Positions 9,311 to 18,684 of a stretch of 64,000 nucleotides of DNA are shown here, one piece after another. The stretch is from an uncultured Poribacteria bacterium (GTDB taxonomy: Bacteria > Poribacteria > WGA-4E > WGA-3G). The position numbers were made by a program, and so were the translations under genes. The stretch lies in contig CATQHZ020000001.1 of assembly GCA_958296135.2 (NCBI GenBank), forward strand, positions 3,328,001 to 3,392,000, in the 5' to 3' direction. Position 1 is the stretch's first letter. Each line of letters begins with the position of its first letter. Below the pieces are notes generated by a model. It was not told the origin of the DNA, did no database searches, and was given only the letters and a program-made list of their open reading frames with translations.

Positions 9311-10228
9311 ATGAAATTTCCGACGCTATCAGAGACAAAACGCCTAGTGAGGCTACAGCCGCCCACCGGGCGCGTCCGAATGGTGCTTGACACCGATACC
9401 TATAATGAAATCGATGACCAGTTCGCTGTCGTCCACGCGATGCTATCGCCGAAACAACTTGACGTTGAGGCTATCTACGCCGCGCCTTTTCACAACAACC
9501 GCTCCTCCGGCCCCGAAGAAGGCATGGAGAAGAGTTACGATGAAATCCTGCGGCTTTTAGACTTCTTGGATGTCCCCACCGAAGGATTCGTCTATCGCGG
9601 TTCAACGGCATTCCTCTCCGATGCCGAGGCACCGGTGAAGAGCGAGGCAGCAACCGACATGGTGGCACGCGCAATGGAAACCGACACAGACGAACCGCTC
9701 TACGTCGTTGCCATCGGTGCTATCACGAACGTCGCCGCCGCTATCTTAATAGAACCGAAAATCATTGAGCGGATAGTCGTCGTCTGGCTTGGCGGCAATC
9801 CGTTGTACTGGCCGCACACGCGAGAGTTCAACCTGCAACAAGACGTGCTGAGCGCGCAGATAGTTCTCAATTGCGGCGTGCCGTTTGTCCATCTCCCCGC
9901 GCGCGGCGTTGTCTCGCACCTACTGACGACTGTGGCAGAAATGGAACGCTACGTCCAAGGACAAGGCAAAATCGGCGATTACCTCGTCGAAATCTTCAAA
10001 GATTACCACAGCGAGCACTTCGCCTGGTCGAAAGTGATCTGGGATATTTCGGCGACAGCGTACCTCGTCAACAGCAACTGGGTGCCAACAGAGGTTGTCC
10101 ACAGCCCCATCTTGACAGATGGAATGACGTGGAGTTTTGATAACAGGCGGCACTTCATGCGCGTTGCAACAAGCGTAGACCGGGATGCCATTTTCCGCGA
10201 CCTGTTTCAGAAGTTGCAGCACAGTTAA
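9311..10228 (+). CDS. Nucleoside hydrolase (IU-NH family)
   Basis: LDTDTYNEIDDQFA, AIGAITNVA, EFN and WD motifs. Confidence 0.9.
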   Translation: MKFPTLSETKRLVRLQPPTGRVRMVLDTDTYNEIDDQFAVVHAMLSPKQLDVEAIYAAPFHNNRSSGPEEGMEKSYDEILRLLDFLDVPTEGFVYRGSTAFLSDAEAPVKSEAATDMVARAMETDTDEPLYVVAIGAITNVAAAILIEPKIIERIVVVWLGGNPLYWPHTREFNLQQDVLSAQIVLNCGVPFVHLPARGVVSHLLTTVAEMERYVQGQGKIGDYLVEIFKDYHSEHFAWSKVIWDISATAYLVNSNWVPTEVVHSPILTDGMTWSFDNRRHFMRVATSVDRDAIFRDLFQKLQHS

Positions 10229-10299
10229 TCAGAAATTGGGCGGATAGAGACATCCGCCCTTACGTTACTGAGGACACGCTTCTTAAGTGCAACTCTTGG

Positions 10300-11163
10300 C
10301 TAACCCACCCACTCATCGCCGCAAATCACATCCAGCTGATCTTGCGGTTTATAGTAATCAGTAGGATGACGGTTTTCCCCCATATCGCCAAACAACCGTC
10401 GGCGACGCAAGGACATCCGTGCGAGCACTTCTGGCGGCAGCGTATCATAGTCGTAAGGGCGGCACCACATCTGTCCATACCGAAACGTGACACTCTTCCG
10501 AATCCGCTCTGTCCGATTCGGGCCGACACCGTGCCATAACGCCCACGGGAAAATGACTGCATCCCCTGCCTCCGCGAGGACTTGAATCGCGCCATCGGGA
10601 TACGTGCCTTTCGTAAACGCGTTTTCTGGGAAACGGTGTTTGTGGCTCCCCGGGACGCACATAAAATTGCCCTGGTCAGGTTCAGAAAGAGCTGTCAAGA
10701 AAAACTGGATTTTGAATTGCAGCGGCAGACTCTCCGGATGCGGATAGATGCGTTGAAGCGAGGGACCGGCATCGGTATGAAACGCCATCAGCGCATCTGG
10801 CTCAGGGTGCCGGACATAAATCTGCGTTCCCATGATTTGGAGGTAGGGCCCCATCAAGGCGAGGATAGTACCGAAGGTGCACGGATGATCGGTGAGCCTG
10901 TCCAGCGCGTCTGTCCGCTCAATCGCGCGAATGATGGTATACGCGCCTTTTCCGCCTTTCAGACTGGGCGTTTGCTGGACATACGTTTCAATTACCGTAT
11001 CCACAGCGATTAAAAGCGTCTCAATTTCAGTCGGTTTCAGCACCTGTTTGAGTAGCAAAAATCCTTGTTCATGCCACTGCTGCTGTTGGGCTTCGGTTAA
11101 GTGTTTCACGTTTTGCTGTTCCTCCCGGTAGCAACGGAGCGGGCAAGAAAATAATCGGTTCAT
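10300..11163 (-). CDS. Phytanoyl-CoA dioxygenase (PhyH) family Fe(II)/2OG dioxygenase
   Basis: FHTD HxD motif, VPGSH and WHGVGPN; start uncertain. Confidence 0.9.
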   Translation of the reverse strand: MNRLFSCPLRCYREEQQNVKHLTEAQQQQWHEQGFLLLKQVLKPTEIETLLIAVDTVIETYVQQTPSLKGGKGAYTIIRAIERTDALDRLTDHPCTFGTILALMGPYLQIMGTQIYVRHPEPDALMAFHTDAGPSLQRIYPHPESLPLQFKIQFFLTALSEPDQGNFMCVPGSHKHRFPENAFTKGTYPDGAIQVLAEAGDAVIFPWALWHGVGPNRTERIRKSVTFRYGQMWCRPYDYDTLPPEVLARMSLRRRRLFGDMGENRHPTDYYKPQDQLDVICGDEWVG

Positions 11164-11344
11164 TTTGGCGGGCGGATATAGAAATCCGCCCTGACGCTCT
11201 TGGCGCGTGCACGCGTTCCAAAAATGACTTCCTTAATTACTGAAACTTCATGAGCCCGCGCCATGATAGAAGGCACAAAGCGATAGCGAGGGACAGTGGA
11301 CATCTCTGCAGCGAGACTGCAGAGATGACAAAGTTAAAGGTAGC

Positions 11345-11526
11345 GTGTTTACGCGGGGCGACACACGCACATTTTCTGTAGACGTGACCGTGTTTACGCG
11401 GGGCGACACACGCACATTTTCTGTAGACGTGACCGTGTTTACGCGGGGCGACACACGCACGTTTGCTGTAGACGTGACCGTGTTTACGCGGGGCGACACA
11501 CGCACATTTTCTGTAGGCGTGACCGT
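11345..11526. repeat. Four tandem 45 bp repeats
   Basis: gtgtttacgcggggcgacacacgcacattttctgtagacgtgacc at 11345, 11390, 11435 and 11480. Confidence 0.95.
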
Positions 11527-11586
11527 AACGGCCCTCGCGCTACGGTTAAGGGGACCCCGCGCCATGATAGAAGGCACAAAGCCCTT

Positions 11587-12255
11587 CTAGTCAATCCGTT
11601 TGAGTCGGCCCCATGTAGTCGCCAACTTCTCACGCGCGTCAACGGCAAGGGTATCTTTGACGTTATCACCCGTAATCATAACATCGTCAAAACTCGCCCC
11701 GGTCTCCCATGCCCACACGCCGATCTTGCCGGTTTTGTAGGTGCTGTCCTCTTTCTCATCCTGCAGCTCACCGTTGATGTGCAGCTGGAAGGTGTCGCCT
11801 TCAACGACTACTTTGACATCAAACCACTCGCCGTTCTCTATCTTAAGTTTCCCGGCGGCGGGGATGTTGCTGGTAATCGCGACGCGCGTATCCCACACGC
11901 CCTTGCTGTGCTTCCACAACTCGGACTTGTTGTTCTGGACGTTGAGGTAGTAGATGTAGTATTCCATCTCGCTTTTCGCCCGGAAAACTAAGCCTGCCCA
12001 GTTGCCCTCGTCCATGCGGATTTTCGCCTCAACGGTATAGTCATCCCACTTCTCTTCGCCGACGAGGGAATGTTCGGCTTTCCCCCCTTTCTCAACTTGG
12101 TAGATGCCGCCCTTGATTGCCCACTTGCCGTTGGCGACTTCCCAGTCATCGTGCTTCTCCTCAAAATCCCACAGTTGCGTCCCGCTCCACGCGGGAAGGC
12201 AAAGTGCTACGCCGCAGAAGATAATGAGGTTTAAGGCAATAGCCATCTTTCTCAT
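11587..12255 (-). CDS. Secreted DUF1080/GH16-like beta-sandwich protein with C-terminal TWG motif
   Basis: Signal peptide, WDDYTVEAK, AGLVFR, GKIGVW and FDDV; ends AVDAREKLATTWGRLKRID. Confidence 0.8.
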   Translation of the reverse strand: MRKMAIALNLIIFCGVALCLPAWSGTQLWDFEEKHDDWEVANGKWAIKGGIYQVEKGGKAEHSLVGEEKWDDYTVEAKIRMDEGNWAGLVFRAKSEMEYYIYYLNVQNNKSELWKHSKGVWDTRVAITSNIPAAGKLKIENGEWFDVKVVVEGDTFQLHINGELQDEKEDSTYKTGKIGVWAWETGASFDDVMITGDNVKDTLAVDAREKLATTWGRLKRID

Positions 12256-12286
12256 ACGTTTTCTCCTTTTGCATTCGTATTCAAAT

Positions 12287-12417
12287 AGGACTTACGCAAA
12301 TGCCATGATTCAACGCCCGTAGGTGCCCCACTTTGTGGAAAGAGAAACCGCGCCGATGCAGTTCATTCTACCGTAAGTGAGCCCCCGGGTCTTGACGCGC
12401 GCGTCTGCGGAAGTCCA
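12287..12417. mobile_element. Putative ~130 bp MITE
   Basis: Imperfect terminal inverted repeats AGGACTTACGCA ... TGCGGAAGTCCA; solo related ends near 26211 and 63096. Confidence 0.5.
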
Positions 12418-12551
12418 GTAACAAATAGTATATCATCATACCCGAAAAAAGTCAAAACTTATTAATTGGAAATTTTATTGGGTTTGCGGTATACTGCAAT
12501 TGTTCGCCCGCGCACGCGGGATAAATTTAGACTTTCAAGGAGCATCATAAC

Positions 12552-13544
12552 ATGCACACATTCCGACATCATTGGATTTCTATAACACTTCTTCTCGCCT
12601 GTCTCGCGATCGGGGTAACAGAAACTCCCGCCGCTGTGAAGATTGGCCTCATTTACGATGTCCGCGGCCGTGGAGATCTCTCCTTTAACGATGCCGCCTA
12701 CGCTGGTGCGAAAAAAGCCGCTGATGAATTTAATCTTAAACTCACAGAGGTGAACCCCGGTCAGAGCACCGACACCGAATTAGCACTCCGCCGGCTTGCG
12801 AAACTCAAATATGAGATTATCATCGGCGTTGGGTTTCGGTTCCGCGACCCGATTCACCGCGTGGCGGGTGAGTTTCCGAGCGTCAAATTCGCGCTAATCG
12901 ACGAGGTAGTCCCTATGCCGAACGTCGCCTCGCTCACCTATCGCGCCCAGGAAGGCACGTTCCTGGCTGGTGTTATCGCCGCGCTCAAAACAGAGACGAA
13001 CCGCATCGGTTTTATCGGCGGGATGAAAATCCCGCTGTTGGAAGCGTTTGAGATTGGCTTCGATGCCGGGCGGCAGGCAGCCAACCCCGATGTCCAGCTG
13101 CTCGTTGACTATGTCGGTGTCACACCACAAGCCTTCGATGATCCTGCGAAAGGGAAGGAGTTGGCAATTGCGCAGTATAACAAAGGCGCGGATGTCATCA
13201 TCGCGGCAGCCGGTGCGAGTGGGTTGGGCATCCTCGAAGCGGCGAAGTCACTGAAAAAATGGATTATCTGGGTGGATTCAAACGGCAACCATCTTGCCCC
13301 TGGGCTCGTCCTCACCAGCATCATCAAAGGGGTAGAAATCTCTGTCTATGAGACGATAAAAAGCGTTCACGAGGGCACTTTCACCGGTGGGCAAAAGGAT
13401 TATGGACTGAAAGAAGATGGCGTGGAATACACAGTGGATGACGACAACCGCGCACTGCTCTCGGACGACATTTTGGAACAAGTTGAGGCGTTTAAGGCGA
13501 AAATTATCGCTGGCGAAATCGTCGTCCCCTACAAAAGGGAATAG
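12552..13544 (+). CDS. BMP family (nucleoside) ABC transporter substrate-binding protein
   Basis: GRGDLSFND, IGFIGG, GADVI...AGASGLG and WVDS motifs. Confidence 0.92.
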   Translation: MHTFRHHWISITLLLACLAIGVTETPAAVKIGLIYDVRGRGDLSFNDAAYAGAKKAADEFNLKLTEVNPGQSTDTELALRRLAKLKYEIIIGVGFRFRDPIHRVAGEFPSVKFALIDEVVPMPNVASLTYRAQEGTFLAGVIAALKTETNRIGFIGGMKIPLLEAFEIGFDAGRQAANPDVQLLVDYVGVTPQAFDDPAKGKELAIAQYNKGADVIIAAAGASGLGILEAAKSLKKWIIWVDSNGNHLAPGLVLTSIIKGVEISVYETIKSVHEGTFTGGQKDYGLKEDGVEYTVDDDNRALLSDDILEQVEAFKAKIIAGEIVVPYKRE

Positions 13545-13652
13545 AAAATACCGACGCGGCGAGAGTGTCAGGGTGGATTTCTATATCAGCCTGTTACCTC
13601 CAAGGGCGACAGGCGGATACGGACATTCGCCACTACGAGCACAGCACGGAAA

Positions 13653-15347
13653 ATGACACACAAACCCATCATAGAAATGCGCGGCATCAGCAAACGGTTT
13701 GGACAGGTGCAGGCGAACGCCGCCGTGGATTTCACGCTACGCCGCGGGGAAATCCACGCCATCGTCGGAGAAAACGGGGCCGGCAAATCTACGTTGATGA
13801 AGATTCTCTACGGACTTTATCAACCGGATGCAGGCGAGCTCGCCGTTAATGGACACCGCGTGGATATTTCTTCCACTCGGCGAGCGATGCGCCTCGGCTT
13901 AGGGATGATACAGCAGCACTTCACGCTCATCCCTGTCTTCACCGCGCTGCAGAACATTATCCTCGCGAAAGAGCCCCGCAAATTCAGAGCCTTCCTCAAT
14001 TACCAGAAGGCGGAAGCGGAAGTAATGGCTCTCGCCGCGCAACTCGGATTTCAGGTGCCTTTGAATACACCGATTGAATCTCTGCCGATTGGCGCGCAAC
14101 AGCACACCGAAATCTTGAAGGCACTCTACCATGGCGCGGAAATCCTTATCATGGATGAGCCCACAGCAGTGCTAGCACCGCAAGAGATTGAGGGCCTCTT
14201 TCGTTGTATGCACGGCCTCAGACAGGAAGGGAAAAGCCTCGTCATCATCACGCACAAACTTGACGAGGTAATGGCGATAGCCGATACCGTCACGGTGATG
14301 CGGCGCGGAAAGACGGTGGCATCTTTGCCGACTGCCAAAACTGATGCTACACAGCTAGCGGAACTGATGCTCGGTGAGCCTGTCGCACGTCATAACGTGG
14401 CAGGAGGCCCCCAGGCGGGGGGCCGTCGTGAACCGACTGCTTCTCATGCCGTAGGGCGAGGGCCCGTCCCGCACCAGGCACCCCTGCTCCGCTTGGAAAA
14501 CGTCACTGTGCAGGAACAGCAGAAACATAAGTCTTCACAACTTGAAGACAGGCTGCTAAGGCAACTCAAAGCGTTACGTAGGGCGAGGGCCTGTCCCTCG
14601 CCAGGCCAAACAACCGCTAGGGACAACAAAAACGCAACCGGGCGGGCACTCCTACAAGGAATCACCCTTGAGGTGCATCGGGGCGAAATCGTCGGGATAG
14701 CGGGTGTCGAAGGGAATGGACAGACTGAACTTGTTGAGGCATTGACTGGGCTCCGCCAGATTCACGGCGGCACCCTCACCTTAAACGGGGAGGCGATGCG
14801 TGAAGACCCGGCCCTGCTCCGCGAGAAAGGGGTGGCGCACCTGCCAGCTGATAGGCACCGCCACGGCATCAGCCTCAATGACCGGCTCGACGAAAATTTC
14901 ATCATCGGACGGCATAGAAAAAAGCAATTCAGCCGCTACGGCCTGCTGCAACACAAATCTATCCAACGCTTCGCGGCGAACGCGCTGGCGAAATATGACA
15001 TCCGCGTAGGAGATATTGCGCAGCCGATTCGGACGCTCTCCGGGGGCAATCAGCAAAAGGTAGTCGTCGCGCGGGAATTGGCAGGCGGTAGACCGGCTCC
15101 GGAACTCATCATCGCCGCGCATCCGACGCGCGGGTTAGATATCCATGCAGCAAGATTTGTCCACACACGCCTCTTTCAAGCACGCAACAGCGGTAAAGCC
15201 ATTCTCCTCGTTTCCTCTGAGTTGGAAGAACTGCTTCACCTCAGTGACAGAATCGCTGTGATGTTCAACGGACAAATCGCCGGAATTGTCAAACCAGAAG
15301 AGACAGACATGTCAGAACTCGGCGCGTTGATGCTCGGATTGAGCTGA
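13653..15347 (+). CDS. Nucleoside/sugar ABC transporter ATP-binding protein (two NBDs) with expanded linkers
   Basis: GENGAGKST, MDEPT, LSGGNQQK and HPTRGLD; linker contains REP-derived peptides. Confidence 0.92.
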   Translation: MTHKPIIEMRGISKRFGQVQANAAVDFTLRRGEIHAIVGENGAGKSTLMKILYGLYQPDAGELAVNGHRVDISSTRRAMRLGLGMIQQHFTLIPVFTALQNIILAKEPRKFRAFLNYQKAEAEVMALAAQLGFQVPLNTPIESLPIGAQQHTEILKALYHGAEILIMDEPTAVLAPQEIEGLFRCMHGLRQEGKSLVIITHKLDEVMAIADTVTVMRRGKTVASLPTAKTDATQLAELMLGEPVARHNVAGGPQAGGRREPTASHAVGRGPVPHQAPLLRLENVTVQEQQKHKSSQLEDRLLRQLKALRRARACPSPGQTTARDNKNATGRALLQGITLEVHRGEIVGIAGVEGNGQTELVEALTGLRQIHGGTLTLNGEAMREDPALLREKGVAHLPADRHRHGISLNDRLDENFIIGRHRKKQFSRYGLLQHKSIQRFAANALAKYDIRVGDIAQPIRTLSGGNQQKVVVARELAGGRPAPELIIAAHPTRGLDIHAARFVHTRLFQARNSGKAILLVSSELEELLHLSDRIAVMFNGQIAGIVKPEETDMSELGALMLGLS

Positions 15348-15399
15348 GCGAGTCCCAGTAGGAAAGACCTCCGTTACGCCTATCCTATAGGAGATCAAA

Positions 15400-16230
15400 A
15401 TGATTATTGATTCACACACGCATGCCTGGCCCCGGTGGCCCTATCAACCGCCTGTTCCCGACGATGAGAGCCGGGGCAGGGTCGAACAACTCCTCCACGA
15501 AATGGATTTGCACAATGTCGACCGGGCAGTGCTTATCTGCGCGCGTATTGATAGGAATGCCGATAACAACGATTATGTCGCGCAGTGTGTCAAACGCTAT
15601 CCGGAACGGCTCATCCAGTTTGCCGATGTCGATTGCTCTTGGACAGAAACGTATCACACGCCGGGTGCAGCGGAGCGGCTCAAAATTGCCGCCCAGACTT
15701 ACTCGCTTAAAGGCTACACGCATTATCTCAGAGGCGATGACGATGGAAGTTGGTTCTTTTCAGAGGAAGGACAACGCTTCTTTCAGACGACAGCAGACCT
15801 CGGTTTGATTGCCAGCATCGCAATGGGCGGCCATCAGCACGCGCCTTTGCAAAAACTGGCGGCTCAGTTTCCGACTATCCCCTTCCTGTGCCATCACATG
15901 GCGGGCACACGGGTAGGTGAAGCCGCGCAATTCAAACAGGTGCTCGCCGCCGCGAAGGTGCCGAATATCTACGTGAAGATGTCGGGATTCGCCTACGTTT
16001 CACAGGTTTCGTGGGATTATCCGTATTCGGATACACACGAGATTGTCCGCGCGCTCTATGAACATTTCGGCCCAGGCCGGCTCTGTTGGGGTTCAGATTA
16101 TCCGGTGGTGCGTTCGTTCATGACATATCAACACGCGCTGGAGGCGTTTCGCACGCATTGCACGTTCATTCCGGAGGCAGACAAGGCGCAGATCTTGGGC
16201 GGCACGCTTCAGGGATTGCTGCGCGAATAA
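15400..16230 (+). CDS. Amidohydrolase family protein (Amidohydro_2)
   Basis: IIDSHTH, NIYVKMSG and WGSDYP motifs. Confidence 0.9.
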   Translation: MIIDSHTHAWPRWPYQPPVPDDESRGRVEQLLHEMDLHNVDRAVLICARIDRNADNNDYVAQCVKRYPERLIQFADVDCSWTETYHTPGAAERLKIAAQTYSLKGYTHYLRGDDDGSWFFSEEGQRFFQTTADLGLIASIAMGGHQHAPLQKLAAQFPTIPFLCHHMAGTRVGEAAQFKQVLAAAKVPNIYVKMSGFAYVSQVSWDYPYSDTHEIVRALYEHFGPGRLCWGSDYPVVRSFMTYQHALEAFRTHCTFIPEADKAQILGGTLQGLLRE

Positions 16231-16261
16231 GCCGCGCCTATTTTCCTTCTGCAAATAAAGT

Positions 16262-16492
16262 TCAAATGAAACTCTTGATTAATGCGCCAATCGCGACTAG
16301 CATAGCTGCGGCGGCAATCCATTCCGCGCGACGCGCGCGGGCACCGATAGCCGCTTTCTCGCGTCCTTCCAACTTGCCGCGAATAAAGTCGACATCGCGT
16401 ACCACGCTGAGAATATGCGTTTGCATCGCCTCCAAGCGCGCGTTTGTCTCCTGTCGCAGGGATTCAATGGCTTGCAATATCTGCTCAGTCAC
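16262..16492 (-). CDS. Small coiled-coil protein with C-terminal TM helix
   Basis: GTG start after GGAGG RBS, own TATAAT promoter near 16553, hydrophobic C-terminus. Confidence 0.65.
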   Translation of the reverse strand: MTEQILQAIESLRQETNARLEAMQTHILSVVRDVDFIRGKLEGREKAAIGARARRAEWIAAAAMLVAIGALIKSFI

Positions 16493-16776
16493 GGTTAATC
16501 CTCCGTTGGTAGTTAGGGCAAGGTTTAAGGGCTCGCGCTATCGGTATCAATTATTATACACGATTTCATTGCGATTGTCACACTTTTTTGCGGAAACTCT
16601 CAATTTTTCCCTTGTTTTTTTTATACAAAACGGGTATAATAAATTAGCAACGGACGCAACCCATCTTGCGTCACGTATTTAAGTACAGTAGGGCGAGGGC
16701 CCGGCGATAACGAATCGCCGAGGGTTCCCCTCGCCGTGTCCGATTAGAACTGTAAACTGCATAGGAGGAAAAACAG

Positions 16777-17430
16777 ATGAAAAAGGTTTTTGTTTGGACA
16801 ACGCTCGCGCTTATTCTCACGGCAAGCGTAGCATTCGCAACGCAGCTCCCGAGCGTGCAAGGCGAATATATTGAGGCGCGCGCCGCAAGCGTCTACACCG
16901 GCGCATGCCACTTCGGCGCCGAATTTGTGGACGGTGGCAAAGAGGCGACTCTCGTCTGGCACATTCAGCGCGGGACCTGGAACGAAGTACCGCTGGAGGG
17001 CTTAACTGCTGTGGCCATCGTCACTGCCAAGAAGAACTTGGCAATCGATACCGAAACCCGTAAGAGTGTGCTATACGTCAACACGGAAACTACGGCGGCA
17101 CAGCGCACCGCACTCCGAGAGATGTTGGCGACAACGCAGACAGAAGTCCTCGGCGACATCGTTGCTACGCAAACGGCACCGATTGCCTTTACCAAGAAAG
17201 GCACGCAATACGATGTCACAGTAGGCGAAGTCCTCGCGCTTTCAGTGAACCGCTATCCGTGCGCGGCATGCACGCAACCGCTTCAAATCTGGTATGAACC
17301 GCTGATGAACATTCAGAACGCCATCGTCGGCAAATCGGAAGTCTATCGCTACAAAGACACGCATCTCCCCGTGACATGGCATCAAGGCGACGCGGTGAAC
17401 AACGTCTTCGTCGGCGATTTCTCCATGTAA
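16777..17430 (+). CDS. DUF1326-like secreted protein
   Basis: Signal peptide, GEYIEAR.ASVYTGACH, strong AGGAGG RBS. Confidence 0.7.
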   Translation: MKKVFVWTTLALILTASVAFATQLPSVQGEYIEARAASVYTGACHFGAEFVDGGKEATLVWHIQRGTWNEVPLEGLTAVAIVTAKKNLAIDTETRKSVLYVNTETTAAQRTALREMLATTQTEVLGDIVATQTAPIAFTKKGTQYDVTVGEVLALSVNRYPCAACTQPLQIWYEPLMNIQNAIVGKSEVYRYKDTHLPVTWHQGDAVNNVFVGDFSM

Positions 17431-17739
17431 CCGAGCCCAACGTTACGTTTGGCGAGGGCCTGGCCCTCGCCAAACAACAAACAACGCCGAAACGAACCGT
17501 AGGGCGGGGGCCTGTCCCCCGCCAATATCACCTAAAAATACCCGACTTACATCTCCGCTCTCCACACCTAAATAACTTGCTAAATTTGTTACCTAATTCT
17601 CAATTCTTTCGTTAACATTTACTGAAACCTGCCAGAAGGAAAAGAACCATTCCGAATAAAAGAAGGCTAGGTCCTGAATGGCTAGCGTTTCGGTGATTGG
17701 CAGGTAAAAATTAATAAAATCTCAGAAAAGGCGGTCCCT

Positions 17740-18294
17740 ATGGACGAAACTGTTGAGGAATATCAGAAAGAACTCCTCTGGCGGACAGCGGCGGAGACCT
17801 TCTATCGTGTGGCGTATGCGGAGGGGCTTATCACCTCTGTGATCCGTGCTTGGCGGCCGATTGATAGCTTCATCAAAAGCATGGTGACGCTCACGACTAT
17901 CGCCTCCGTAATGCTTGGATGGGCGGTGTGGGGCACCCCGGTAGTTGAAGCCGCCGGCACCGACTTAGGGAAGATGATATGGCTGGCAGTGGCCGGCACC
18001 GCGGCATTCTTAAGCCTGTTACATGTCATCTTCAAAATCTCCGACCGGATGGAGGACCTGAGCCACAACGCGCAGTATTTCAAGAGCCTACGTCTCAATC
18101 TGGAACGGTTCATCTATGAGATGGAGATCGATCCGGATTTCCCACTCGAACAATTCAAAACCACGTTTGAGTTGTATCGGGAATGGCTGCTTGTCGGCTC
18201 GCAAATGTTGAAGGATGACCTCCTCCTCACGCGCAGACGGCGGCTGAAGGTTCAGAGAAAGTTGAATCAACAAATGGGAGACATGATTCTATGA
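17740..18294 (+). CDS. Two-TM protein, SLATT-like
   Basis: N-terminal helix, two hydrophobic helices, then the amphipathic helix HNAQYFKSLRLNLE; AT-rich upstream region. Confidence 0.55.
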   Translation: MDETVEEYQKELLWRTAAETFYRVAYAEGLITSVIRAWRPIDSFIKSMVTLTTIASVMLGWAVWGTPVVEAAGTDLGKMIWLAVAGTAAFLSLLHVIFKISDRMEDLSHNAQYFKSLRLNLERFIYEMEIDPDFPLEQFKTTFELYREWLLVGSQMLKDDLLLTRRRRLKVQRKLNQQMGDMIL

Positions 18295-18524
18295 AAGAGC
18301 AACCTCTTGATATCCAGGCAGCCGTGCAGGAACATTCGGTGGCACAGCGGCCTGTCCACGCGAGTTATGAGCCGCCAGACCCGGTGCCGCAGTTTCGGCC
18401 CCGGCCGAGGCTGCGGCAGGCTCCTGCTTCCACACGGCGGTTATATCCTACACAGAGTGTGAATTTGGCGCAACAAGACCTCGGGCCACAGGAGGCACCT
18501 GAGCCATCACACCCTGAAGCGTAG
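18291..18524 (+). CDS. Small Pro/Gln-rich hypothetical protein
   Basis: ATGA overlap with the upstream stop, GGAG RBS. Confidence 0.4.
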   Translation: MKEQPLDIQAAVQEHSVAQRPVHASYEPPDPVPQFRPRPRLRQAPASTRRLYPTQSVNLAQQDLGPQEAPEPSHPEA

Positions 18525-18684
18525 CCGGCTCCTCTGTTGTTGCAGGAACCAACAGCACGTGGGCGAAAAAGGTTAGGGCAGAAGGAGACGTTATTATCTG
18601 CAATCATACGAAAAACTCCTGAGCGCGAACACGCTCTATCGCGCTCGGGAGCTCGCTCCTACGCCCAAACCGGAAACAGAGCGT

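Noticed and set aside
11345-11526. Possible CRISPR array or repeat-protein ORFs (11248-11577, 11345-11590)
   Set aside because: There are no spacers; the ORFs are by-products of a 45 bp stop-free unit and lack an RBS or recognisable domains.
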